Assembly: GCA_029856155.1 (NCBI GenBank)
Contig: JAHQWL010000055.1
Coordinates: forward strand, 99,872-163,871
DNA length: 64,000 nt
DNA from: Promethearchaeia archaeon
GTDB taxonomy: Archaea; Asgardarchaeota; Lokiarchaeia; Sigyniarchaeales; SOKP01
Reading direction: 5' to 3'
Shown: in pieces, positions 54,596 through 64,000 of the stretch
Layout: each line of letters begins with the position of its first letter
How positions within the stretch are numbered: position 1 is the stretch's first letter
Made by a program: the position numbers and the translations under genes
Notes under the pieces: generated by a model
Seen by the model: the letters and a program-made list of their open reading frames with translations, nothing else
The model's database searches: none
What the model was told of the DNA's origin: nothing

Positions 54596-55735
54596 ATGCT
54601 TTATAAAAAAGAAAGACCCGCTATTTTAATGCTTAAAGATGGTCGATATTTTCAAGGGATTGGTATTGGGGCGACGAAAATTGTTTCAGGAGAACTTGTT
54701 TTTAATACTATGACTGGTGCGGGTTACCTTGAGACTCTAACAGATCCATCGTATTGGGGTCAAATTGTCGTTATGACTCACCCTCTCATAGGAAATTATG
54801 GAGTTCCTCCATGGGAAAAGGATAAATTCGGCATTACTAAATATTTTGAATCAGATTCTATAAAAGTAACGGGTTATGTTGTAAATGAGTGTTGTAAACA
54901 TCCAAGCCATTATCAAAGCGTTAAAAATCTTGATGAATTTTTAACTGAGCATAACATTCCTGGTATTGAATGGATTGATACTCGGGTAGTTACAACAATC
55001 ATACGTGAGGAAGGTGTCCAAGTAGGAGCGTTAGCAGTATATGATTTAGGAGAGAAGCCAAATATTGAAGAATTAAAACAATTTGCTTCTAAAGCAGAAG
55101 ACCCGAATTTCCGAAATCTTGCAAGTGAAGTATCAACTAAAGATGTTATAATTCATAAACCATCGAACCCTATTGGTAAAGTAGTTCTATTAGATATGGG
55201 AGTTAAACTGAATATTTTGCGTAATCTCGTCAATAGGGGTCTAGAAGTTATTATAGTTCCATATAATTATACTTACGAGCAGATTATGTCTTATAATCCC
55301 GATGGTGTTTTCATATCGAATGGTCCCGGTGATCCAGCAATATGTAAAAGCGCAATCGAGGTAAGTAGAAAACTTATTGAAAAGAGCATCCCTACTATGG
55401 GAATATGTTTAGGAAATCAGATTTTAGCATTGGGAGCTGGAGGAGCTTCTTATAAACTTAAATATGGACACCGGGGTGGTAATAAGACTGTTTTTAATAC
55501 TGAATCACAAAAATGTTATATTACTTCTCAGAACCATGGTTTTTGTGTAAAAAACTTTGAGAAAGGTGGATTTAAAGAAATTCTGAGAAATATAGATGAT
55601 GAATCTAATGAAGGTATTGAACATAAATCTAAACCGATTTTTGCTGTTCAATTTCATCCAGAGGCGTGTCCGGGGCCTCTTGACTCATTATATTTGTTTG
55701 ATAAATTCGTAGAAAACATGGGGTTGAGTTCCTAA
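54596..55735 (+). CDS. carA: Carbamoyl-phosphate synthase small subunit
   Basis: GELVFNT, LTDPSY, SNGPGDP, GICLG, HPE catalytic triad. Confidence 0.97.
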   Translation: MLYKKERPAILMLKDGRYFQGIGIGATKIVSGELVFNTMTGAGYLETLTDPSYWGQIVVMTHPLIGNYGVPPWEKDKFGITKYFESDSIKVTGYVVNECCKHPSHYQSVKNLDEFLTEHNIPGIEWIDTRVVTTIIREEGVQVGALAVYDLGEKPNIEELKQFASKAEDPNFRNLASEVSTKDVIIHKPSNPIGKVVLLDMGVKLNILRNLVNRGLEVIIVPYNYTYEQIMSYNPDGVFISNGPGDPAICKSAIEVSRKLIEKSIPTMGICLGNQILALGAGGASYKLKYGHRGGNKTVFNTESQKCYITSQNHGFCVKNFEKGGFKEILRNIDDESNEGIEHKSKPIFAVQFHPEACPGPLDSLYLFDKFVENMGLSS

Positions 55736-58700
55736 TGCCATTAGATAAAACTATCAAAAAAGCTCTTGTTTTAGGGAGTGGAGGCATCAGGATAGGCCAA
55801 GCAGGCGAATTTGATTATAGTGGTTCTCAAGTACTCAAGGCACTTAAGGAAGAAGGTATAAAGACAATCTTAATCAACCCTAATATTGCAACTATTCAAA
55901 CTGATCCTCAATTATCGGATAGGGTTTATTTATTACCGATTAATGTGGATTATGTAGAAGAAATAATCAAAAAAGAGAAACCTGATGGGATTTTGTTAGC
56001 GTTCGGAGGTCAAACTGCCTTAAATGTAGGTGTTGAATTGAATGAATTGGGAATTCTTAAGAAGTATAATGTACGGGTTTTAGGAACTCCTATAGAAGCT
56101 ATCGAAGCTACTGAAGATAGAGACCTTTTTGTACAAGCTATGGATGCTTCAGGGGTTAAAGTATGTAAGAGTAGAGCTGTGTCCTCATATAGCGATGCAC
56201 TTAAAGCAGCAAAGGAAATAGGGTTTCCTTGTATGATTCGAGTAGCCTATACCTTAGGTGGTCGAGGATCTGGCATATGCAGCAATATGCGAGAATTTGA
56301 AAAAATGGCAAAGAAAGGACTTGCTCAATCACGAATAAACCAGATATTAATTGAAGAGAGTATATGGGGTTGGAAGGAGATTGAATATGAAGTAGTAAGG
56401 GATGCAGAAGACAATTGTTTTATAAATTGTAACATGGAAAATTTTGACCCCGTTGGAATACATACAGGGGAATCTATTGTAGTTGCCCCCAGTCAAACCT
56501 TAACAAATGAAGAATATCAAATGTTACGTTCAGCTTCTATCCGTGTTATAAGAAATCTGGGAATTATTGGCGAGTGCAATATCCAATATGGGTTAGATCC
56601 ATTTTCAAAAGAATTTAGGGCAATAGAAGTAAATGCACGCCTCTCTCGGTCTTCTGCGTTAGCGTCAAAAGCTACAGGTTATCCATTGGCATATATCGCA
56701 GCAAAATTAGCCATTGGTTATACCTTACCCGAGCTTAAAAATAAAATAACAGGCATTACAACAGCATGTTTTGAGCCTGCTCTTGATTATCTCGTATTAA
56801 AGATACCTAGATGGGATTTGACTAAATTCCAAAGAGTTGATAGAAAAATTGGCTCTCAAATGAAATCTGTGGGCGAAGTAATGTCTATTGGGCGAACATT
56901 TGAGGAAGTTCTTCAAAAAGCATTGAGAATGTTAGATATTGGGGTGAAGGGATTAGTTGGGAATGAAATTGAACCAATTGAAGATATTAATGAATTAAAA
57001 TTTTCCTTAGCTAATCCGACAGATTTACGAGTCTTTAGAATCGTCGAAGCGATAAAACAGGGAATCTCTATTGATGAAATCTATCAATTATCACGAGTTG
57101 ATAAATGGTTTCTATATAAAATCAAAAACATTATTGATATTGAAAAAGAATTAGAAACTATAGATTTTTTAGAAACTAGCGATGAAGATAAACATTATTG
57201 GTTTGAACGAGCAAAACGATTTGGTTTCTCAGATGGACAAATAGCAAAAATAATGGGATTAGATGTAATCAAAATAAGACAAATATTAAAGAGAAAGTAT
57301 CAAATAAAACCCTATGTAAAAAGAATTGATACATTAGCAGCAGAATGGCCTGCTATTACAAACTATCTTTATATGACCTACGCCGCATCTGAGCATGACA
57401 TTGACTTTGAGCAAGAAAATAAACAAAATCTAAAAAAAATTGTAGTATTAGGATCGGGAACTTATCGCATTGGAGCATCTGTAGAATTTGATTGGGGTTC
57501 AGTGAATTGTCTCTGGGGTTTAAAGAAGTTAGGGGTTGACCAAGCAATTATGATCAATTATAATCCAGAAACGGTCTCCACTGACTATGATACCTCAGAT
57601 AAACTTTACTTTGAAGAATTATCCGGAGAACGTGTGCTAGACATCGTTGAACTTGAAAAACCGAATGGAGTAGTTGTGTCTGTTGGAGGTCAAATCGCCC
57701 AAAATCTTGCTGCTAAATTCTCAAAGTATTCGGAATTCTTCAGAAAAGTGAATTTAAATATATTGGGAACACATGGAAGCAGGATTGATATGGCAGAAGA
57801 CCGATCAAAGTTTAGTAGCCTATTAGATCAATTGGAAATAAAACAACCTCAATGGAGCATGTTAATAAATAAGGAAGAAGCACTTAAATTTGCAAAAGAG
57901 GTTGGATATCCTGTGTTAGTTCGTCCATCATATGTTTTAAGTGGTGCAGCTATGAGAGTATCTTATGATGAAAAGACATTAAAAGATACTCTTGATCTAG
58001 CAGCAGCAGTTTCTCAAGAATTTCCCGTGGTAATCACTAAATTCTTTACGGGAGTAAGAGAAATTGAAGCTGATGGAGTATGTGATGGATCTAAGGTTTT
58101 TATAGGAGCAATAGTGGAACATATAGAAAACGCAGGAGTTCATAGTGGCGATGCTACAATGTCAATTCCTCCACAAACGGTTTCTGACAGGGTTATTGAA
58201 ACAATTGAGAAAAACACCAGAGAAATTGCATTAGCATTAAAAGTTAGAGGTCCTTTTAATGTACAATATCTTGTTAAAGATGAAGAAGTATTTGTAATCG
58301 AGTGCAACCTAAGATCTAGTCGTAGTATGCCTTATGTATCAAAAACCAGAGGTATTAATTTAATGAGACTTGCAGCTGAAGTGTTTATGGGGGCTAAGAT
58401 ACCTCAACGAATAATGGAATTACCGTATGGAAAATTTGTATCAATAAAAGCTCCAATGTTTTCATTCATGCGTCTTGATAAAGCTGACCCTGTTTTAGGT
58501 GTTGAGATGGCATCTACAGGAGAGGTAGCATGTATCGGTGAAGACTTTTCGGATGCTCTAATAAAATCACTTGAAGCTGCAGAAATGAACATTCCAATCC
58601 AAGGAGGTAATGTTTTAATTTCTATAGGTGGTACAGAATTAAAACAACAAGTGATTCCTTTAGCGAAGAAACTTAGAGATTTAGGATTTACTATTTTTGC

Positions 58701-59049
58701 AACCGAGGATACTGCTATCGCATTAAAAAATAATGGAATTTATGCAGTTAAACTCTATAAAATCCATGAATATGGCTTGGAACCAAATATCATGGGATGT
58801 CTACAAAATGGAGCTATTGACTTGGTGATAAACATTCCTCTCCCCACTACTATAGAGGATAAATTCAGAACTATAATGGAAGATGAATATAAGATCAGAA
58901 GAATGGCGGTAGATTATAATATTCCTGTAATTATTAACTTACAACTTGCTAAAGCTTTAATAAATGCAATAGAAAAAATTCGGAGAAAGGAAGTTGAGAT
59001 AAAATCACTTAATGAGTACCATCAAACATTAAAAGAAATATATTGGTAG
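55735..59049 (+). CDS. carB: Carbamoyl-phosphate synthase large subunit
   Basis: GSGGIRIGQAGEFDYSGSQ, two ATP-grasp halves, MGS domain; TAATG overlap with carA. Confidence 0.98.
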   Translation: MPLDKTIKKALVLGSGGIRIGQAGEFDYSGSQVLKALKEEGIKTILINPNIATIQTDPQLSDRVYLLPINVDYVEEIIKKEKPDGILLAFGGQTALNVGVELNELGILKKYNVRVLGTPIEAIEATEDRDLFVQAMDASGVKVCKSRAVSSYSDALKAAKEIGFPCMIRVAYTLGGRGSGICSNMREFEKMAKKGLAQSRINQILIEESIWGWKEIEYEVVRDAEDNCFINCNMENFDPVGIHTGESIVVAPSQTLTNEEYQMLRSASIRVIRNLGIIGECNIQYGLDPFSKEFRAIEVNARLSRSSALASKATGYPLAYIAAKLAIGYTLPELKNKITGITTACFEPALDYLVLKIPRWDLTKFQRVDRKIGSQMKSVGEVMSIGRTFEEVLQKALRMLDIGVKGLVGNEIEPIEDINELKFSLANPTDLRVFRIVEAIKQGISIDEIYQLSRVDKWFLYKIKNIIDIEKELETIDFLETSDEDKHYWFERAKRFGFSDGQIAKIMGLDVIKIRQILKRKYQIKPYVKRIDTLAAEWPAITNYLYMTYAASEHDIDFEQENKQNLKKIVVLGSGTYRIGASVEFDWGSVNCLWGLKKLGVDQAIMINYNPETVSTDYDTSDKLYFEELSGERVLDIVELEKPNGVVVSVGGQIAQNLAAKFSKYSEFFRKVNLNILGTHGSRIDMAEDRSKFSSLLDQLEIKQPQWSMLINKEEALKFAKEVGYPVLVRPSYVLSGAAMRVSYDEKTLKDTLDLAAAVSQEFPVVITKFFTGVREIEADGVCDGSKVFIGAIVEHIENAGVHSGDATMSIPPQTVSDRVIETIEKNTREIALALKVRGPFNVQYLVKDEEVFVIECNLRSSRSMPYVSKTRGINLMRLAAEVFMGAKIPQRIMELPYGKFVSIKAPMFSFMRLDKADPVLGVEMASTGEVACIGEDFSDALIKSLEAAEMNIPIQGGNVLISIGGTELKQQVIPLAKKLRDLGFTIFATEDTAIALKNNGIYAVKLYKIHEYGLEPNIMGCLQNGAIDLVINIPLPTTIEDKFRTIMEDEYKIRRMAVDYNIPVIINLQLAKALINAIEKIRRKEVEIKSLNEYHQTLKEIYW

Positions 59050-59232
59050 TTCAACTTATAATTTAAGATATTTCATATTATTGCCTCACCTATACACATG
59101 TGAAAAATCCTTATGACTATTCAATCATTAATAGAAATCTTGAAAAATACTAAAAAATAAAATACAATTTATTATAGCATTTGATAAACGGTAAGAAAAG
59201 AAAAAGTATACTAATACATAGGTGTTAAATAG

Positions 59233-59514
59233 ATTTACTATCGTGGATATATTTTAATTCGGCTAAAAATCATTGGTACTCAATGGAAAGTCACAGAAAA
59301 ATTAAAAGGTTTGAAATCTCGAGATCAACGTGAAAATTGGCAGATTACCTATGTAACACCAATATATGGTGGGTGGGATTTGTTGGTTGAGTGTAAATTT
59401 ATCAATCTTGAGGATTTAGATCAAATAGTTTCATTTTGTAGAACTGACTTAGAACTATCTCAATGGATAGAGGCAACAACTACACTAATTAGCACAAAAA
59501 AGAATTATGAATAG
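59233..59514 (+). CDS. Stand-alone Lrp/AsnC ligand-binding (RAM) domain protein, probable ATT start
   Basis: Frame is open from ATT 59233 (directly after in-frame TAG): YYRGYILIRL...VTPIYGGWDLLVEC...IEATTTLI; AGGTG RBS upstream. Confidence 0.75.
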   Translation: MYYRGYILIRLKIIGTQWKVTEKLKGLKSRDQRENWQITYVTPIYGGWDLLVECKFINLEDLDQIVSFCRTDLELSQWIEATTTLISTKKNYE

Positions 59515-59555
59515 TTAGATAATCGTAAAATCGCAAAAAGAAATTAATTTCTTAT

Positions 59556-59696
59556 TTATTTTGTAAGATTTCTTCGCATAAGTAAGTGATATTGCTTAGG
59601 TTGGATTTGTAACTCCTCATTTAACCAGATCTGTAACTTTACGTCCTCAAATAATTCCTCTAACCTTACATCATACGCAATTTCTTCATCCGACAC
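59556..59696 (-). CDS. Candidate 46-aa small protein
   Basis: GTG start, MSDEEIAYDVRLEELFEDVKLQIWLNEELQIQPKQYHLLMRRNLTK*; coding-like composition within an AT-rich gap. Confidence 0.45.
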   Translation of the reverse strand: MSDEEIAYDVRLEELFEDVKLQIWLNEELQIQPKQYHLLMRRNLTK

Positions 59697-59816
59697 AATT
59701 ATCTAATAAAACTAAAAATATTTAAATTCATGGTTAATAATTCATAACGTTTTACCAATATTATTAATCGGTTAATATACCTCTCTAATTTTTGTGTACA
59801 AATAGTTATAACAAAA

Positions 59817-60311
59817 TTATAGAAAGAATTCCATGAAGATTTCATCATCATATTGATTATCGATTTTAACTTGATGAGTCAATATTCCTTTTTGAATAAA
59901 CCCAAAATTACTGTAAAAAGCTATTGCTCCAGCATTACTTGCCCTTACATATATGACTATCTTTTCATAATTATGTTTTCGTGCAAAATTGAAAGAATAT
60001 TCGGTTAATTTACTTCCAATCTTTTTCTTTCGCCACATAGGAAGTAGAAACGTACCCATAACTCCAACATGATCAAATTAATCTGAATATTTTGCCCATT
60101 TATCTAATGATTGGAATCCAATGATTTGGTCTTCAATTTCCACCACAAAAATACCCTCCCTATCAGAAAGAGAAGAAATATATTCTCGCTCTTGCTCAGT
60201 AGTGAAAGGCTTACTAACAGCTGTGTATCTTCTTTCCGAGCAAATAACTCTCCAAATAGCGGATATTTCTTCTGCATCATGAGCAATCGCTTTTCTAATC
60301 GAAATTTCCAT
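59817..60311 (-). pseudogene. GNAT N-acetyltransferase interrupted by an in-frame TAA
   Basis: ORFs 60078..60311 and 59817..60059 share a frame: KWAKYSD*FDHVGVMGTFLLPMWRKKKIG...NAGAIAFYSNFGF. Confidence 0.85.
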
Positions 60312-60454
60312 AGAAAAATTTCACCAATTTGGGTTGTATATTAATTAATTCCAATAATTTATAATTTAAATATATAAAATCTATTAATAATCAATCATAT
60401 CAAGATTAAGAACACGAGAATTATAATTTTTACTAAAGAACTGTTGATAGAATA

Positions 60455-62293
60455 ATGAAAAAAAGCAAAGTGAATCCTATCAATACCCATTATGTAGAAT
60501 TTTCACCAGGAAAAGATCCCTTTGAAAATGCACGGCAGAAAGGATCAAGAAGCTGGATATTATCCCATATTTTTCATGGATCTAATAAATTTTTTATGAT
60601 TATTGTGCTTTTTACTACTATTCTTGCTGCTAATTTATCCTCAACAATTCTAGTTGTTATAGGAAATGCTATAACAGACTTTTTAATCGGTAAACAATCG
60701 AGTTTACTATTTTATACAACTATTATATTATTATTAAGTATTGGAACTCCTATATTGCGTTTAGTAAATTATATGCTACGAGAAGTTATAGCGCAAAGGT
60801 TAGAAAGAGATTGTCGAAAAGAATTTTATTCTAATCTCCTTGGTAAAAGCCAATCATTTCATGATCAGCAAAAAATTGGAGAATTAATGGCTCGTGCTAC
60901 AGATGATGTTCGGACAATGAATTTTTTAATCAGTCCTGCAATATCCTTAATTTTTGAGTCATTTACCGCTTTAATAATCCCACTTTTTTATATTATTGCT
61001 TTTTATCCTTCACAATTGATTTTAACTCCATTAATTTTTTCAATTTTATTTTATTTTTCTCTAAAATCATATATTAGAAAAATTGGACCAGTAACAGGAA
61101 AATTACGTCGTTTTTATGGGATGATGAATGCAACATTAAATGAAGCGCTTACTGGAATTGAAGTTGTTAAAGCAACTGCCCAAGAAACTAGAGAAAGTCA
61201 AAAATATTTTGAAAATGCTAACGATTACCGAAAGGCTTATGTTGAACAAGGAGATATTGAAGCAAAATATCTCCCTATCCTGATTTTAGCTTTAACAATT
61301 ACAGGTGGTCTAATACATGCTATAATCCTTAATTATATGGGTCTGATTAATATTGGCCAAATAATTGGGTATATAGGCTTAATAGCATTATTACGTTTCC
61401 CCACATTTATCTCTATTTTTGTTTTTGCAATCATAAGGCTTGCAGTTTCAAGTGCTCAGAGATTACTTGAATTTATGAATAAAAAAACGGAAATTGATGA
61501 AAATATTGAGGGTTATATAAAAGAAATTAAAGGATCTATTAAATTCGAAAATGTGACTTTTAGTTATCCAGGAGCTGAAAAACCAGTATTAAAAAATATA
61601 AGTTTTGAAGTTAAACCGAGCCAAACTTTAGCAATAGTAGGAACTACAGGATCAGGTAAAACAACGTTAACAAAATTAATTTCACGATTATATGATGTTA
61701 ATGAGGGGAGAATTCTAATTGATAATGTTGATATCCGTAATTATGCTTTAAAATCATTAAGAAATCAAATTTCCTATGTAGATCAAGATGTATTCTTATT
61801 CTCTACAACTATTTTTGAAAATATATCATTTGGTCGTACAGGTTCGATTGAGCAAGTGATCGAAGTAGCAAGAGAAGCTCAAGCACACGATTTTATCACG
61901 GATTTACCAAATCAATATTATTCCGAAGTTGGAGAGAGAGGTGTTCAATTAAGCGGAGGTGAAAGACAAAGAATTGCTATTGCTCGTGCCTTTCTTGTAA
62001 ACCCTAAGGTTTTAATATTAGATGATTCTACTTCAGCAATAGATTCTAATACAGAGGATAAAATTCAGAGAGCAATTCGAAACATCCTTAAAAACAGGAC
62101 AACAATTCTTATAACACACCGTTTAAGTCAAATAAGATGGGCTGATTTAATAATTGTATTGAAAAAGGGTGAGATAGTCGCAAAAGGGACTCATGAAGAA
62201 TTATTAAAGACTTCAGAAGAATATCAACGTATTTTTATTAAAAAATTTGATGTTGAAATTGACACACTAATTAAAAAATGCGAGGAGGTTTAA
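60455..62293 (+). CDS. ABC exporter TMD-NBD subunit (degenerate Walker B half)
   Basis: GTTGSGKT, LSGGERQ, LILDDST, THRLS. Confidence 0.92.
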   Translation: MKKSKVNPINTHYVEFSPGKDPFENARQKGSRSWILSHIFHGSNKFFMIIVLFTTILAANLSSTILVVIGNAITDFLIGKQSSLLFYTTIILLLSIGTPILRLVNYMLREVIAQRLERDCRKEFYSNLLGKSQSFHDQQKIGELMARATDDVRTMNFLISPAISLIFESFTALIIPLFYIIAFYPSQLILTPLIFSILFYFSLKSYIRKIGPVTGKLRRFYGMMNATLNEALTGIEVVKATAQETRESQKYFENANDYRKAYVEQGDIEAKYLPILILALTITGGLIHAIILNYMGLINIGQIIGYIGLIALLRFPTFISIFVFAIIRLAVSSAQRLLEFMNKKTEIDENIEGYIKEIKGSIKFENVTFSYPGAEKPVLKNISFEVKPSQTLAIVGTTGSGKTTLTKLISRLYDVNEGRILIDNVDIRNYALKSLRNQISYVDQDVFLFSTTIFENISFGRTGSIEQVIEVAREAQAHDFITDLPNQYYSEVGERGVQLSGGERQRIAIARAFLVNPKVLILDDSTSAIDSNTEDKIQRAIRNILKNRTTILITHRLSQIRWADLIIVLKKGEIVAKGTHEELLKTSEEYQRIFIKKFDVEIDTLIKKCEEV

Positions 62294-62297
62294 GAGA

Positions 62298-64000
62298 ATG
62301 GCATATGGGTGGAATCTGGAAGCGGAGGAATATGATAGAGAATTCTCTGATAGAGCATTATTAAAGCGGATTATTTCCTATTTCCGACCATACAAACGTT
62401 CAATGACAATCGTTATTTTATTTATAACAATCTCATCTATTACTTCTGCTTTTGTCCCAGTTTTAACCAGTGTAATTATTAATAATTTAGAAACAAATCG
62501 AAACATATTCTACATATTCGCTGTAATAATTCTTATTCTTATTTTTAATCTATTGAATTATGTTTTTAATTATTTTCAGCAACGACATGCTTTTCGAGTT
62601 ATAGGAGGTGTTGTTTTAGATCTGAGAAAAAATGCAACAGATGCAGTTTTAAATCATGATCTTTCTTTTTTTGATAGAAATCCAACCGGTAAGGTAGTTA
62701 GCAGAGTAAATTCAGACAGTGAGACTTTCGGAACAACTGTCGATTTGTCTATTCAATTAATATCATCAGTCTTGATTGTGTTCTTCTTAATTATTATAAT
62801 GTTCTTTATAAATATTCTACTAACATTAGCAATAATCATTGCAGTTCCAACATTTTTTGTGCTAGCACTATCATTTCGAAAAATAGCTAGAAAAAAAACG
62901 TTATTGGGCCAAAGAGCTTTAGCATCTGTTAATGATTTTGTTAAGGAAAGTTTTTCTGGCATTCAAATAGCTAAAACATTTCGTCAAGAAGAAAAATTAT
63001 ATGAAAAGTTCAATAAAGTAAACGATACTTCTTATAAGGTTAATTTAAGAAGAGCCTTTATATTGAATGCCATCTTCCCTTCCTTAGGAATAATACAAGG
63101 AATTGTATTAACTTTATTAGTACTTCTTGGTGGTAGTAACGTTTTAGGAGGAACGATAAGTGCTGGAGAACTTAATCTCTTCCTTCAAGGCGTTAATTAT
63201 TTATTTTTTCCTTTATTAACGATTGCATCTTTTTGGCCCACCTTTCAAGCGGGAATGGCTGCTTCTGAGCGTATTTTTTCTTTAATAGATACAATACCAT
63301 TGGTAATTCAAAATGATAATATTAAGCCTTCTAGATTAAAGGGGAATATAGAAATTAGAAACTTAATATTCCACTATGAAAAAAATAAAAATGTTTTTGA
63401 TAATTTTAGTTTATCGATTAAGTCCGGAGAATCCATTGCAATTGTTGGACATACTGGGGCTGGAAAATCTAGTTTAGCTAAATTATTAGCGAGATTCTAT
63501 GAATTTCAGGGAGGAGATATTTTAGTAGATGGTATAAGCATCAGAAATTATGATCTTAAAGAATATCGCAGACAAATTGGAATTATTCCTCAAACACCAT
63601 TTCTTTTTGCAGATTCAATCGAAAATAATATAAAATATTGTTGTATAGACGCGAATAAAGATGATGTCTATAATTCATTAAATGTGACCAGTGGGTCTGA
63701 TTGGATTGAAGATTTATCAAAGGGTTTAGAAACCGATACTGGCGAAAGGGGTAGTCGTCTTTCAATGGGACAACGACAACTAGTAGTTTTTGCTCGCGTT
63801 CTATTAGAAGATCCTGCCATTCTTATATTAGATGAGGCTACTGCTTCAGTGGATCCCTTCACAGAGACTCGAATACAAGATGCATTACAAAAGACAATAG
63901 AAGGACGTACATCGATTATCATTGCGCATCGTCTTTGGACAGTTCGCCATGTTGATAGGATTATTGTATTCGATCATGGAAAGATTGTAGAAGAAGGAAA
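62298..64000 (+). CDS. ABC exporter TMD-NBD partner subunit, runs off the window end
   Basis: Not in ORF track. ATG 62298 after GAGGAGG; MAYGWNLEAEEYDR...GHTGAGKS...LSMGQRQ...LILDEATASVD...AHRLW. Confidence 0.92.
   Translation, partial: MAYGWNLEAEEYDREFSDRALLKRIISYFRPYKRSMTIVILFITISSITSAFVPVLTSVIINNLETNRNIFYIFAVIILILIFNLLNYVFNYFQQRHAFRVIGGVVLDLRKNATDAVLNHDLSFFDRNPTGKVVSRVNSDSETFGTTVDLSIQLISSVLIVFFLIIIMFFINILLTLAIIIAVPTFFVLALSFRKIARKKTLLGQRALASVNDFVKESFSGIQIAKTFRQEEKLYEKFNKVNDTSYKVNLRRAFILNAIFPSLGIIQGIVLTLLVLLGGSNVLGGTISAGELNLFLQGVNYLFFPLLTIASFWPTFQAGMAASERIFSLIDTIPLVIQNDNIKPSRLKGNIEIRNLIFHYEKNKNVFDNFSLSIKSGESIAIVGHTGAGKSSLAKLLARFYEFQGGDILVDGISIRNYDLKEYRRQIGIIPQTPFLFADSIENNIKYCCIDANKDDVYNSLNVTSGSDWIEDLSKGLETDTGERGSRLSMGQRQLVVFARVLLEDPAILILDEATASVDPFTETRIQDALQKTIEGRTSIIIAHRLWTVRHVDRIIVFDHGKIVEEG

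Noticed and set aside
30018-60080. TAA recoding suggested by two in-frame TAA interruptions (OB fragment and GNAT)
   Set aside because: TAA is the normal stop for most intact genes in the window
1922-63922. The many 60-146 aa ORFs in the track that overlap longer genes (e.g. 5288..5728, 8873..9259, 11660..12040, 23384..23695, 63668..63922)
   Set aside because: Antisense or off-frame shadows of well-supported genes, with no motifs

Overview
AT-rich prokaryotic chromosomal window with about 45 metabolic genes. I infer an archaeon, most likely Asgard/Lokiarchaeia-like, from the GGTGA/GGAG ribosome-binding sites, T-rich terminators, tungsten AOR and expanded acyl-CoA gene families; this is not verified by search. 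Main content: (i) a radical/redox cassette at 1.6-11 kb: LLM, GRE activase, acetylene-hydratase-family Mo/W enzyme, glycyl-radical enzyme, LLM, ThDP enzyme; (ii) many acyl-CoA/beta-oxidation genes (FATP-type ligase, ACAD, four crotonases, HAD, MaoC, SDRs, OYE, NMO/FabK, AbfD); (iii) two heterodimeric ABC exporters, one with a ~220-aa Met-rich insertion in its NBD; (iv) a cytoplasmic DmsAB-like pair and carAB. Several enzymes carry unusual fused domains (wHTH-FATP, SDR-PsbP-like, AKR-GyrI). Intergenic spaces repeatedly hold small gene remnants: a 5' stub of the GRE activase, a 5'+3' fused miniature of the acyl-CoA ligase, OYE, GH32, RPA and ARH fragments, and a 33-nt exact copy of a crotonase internal segment. 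No rRNA, tRNA, CRISPR array, transposase or integrase was recognised. Protein calls come from motif recognition only; no database search was run.
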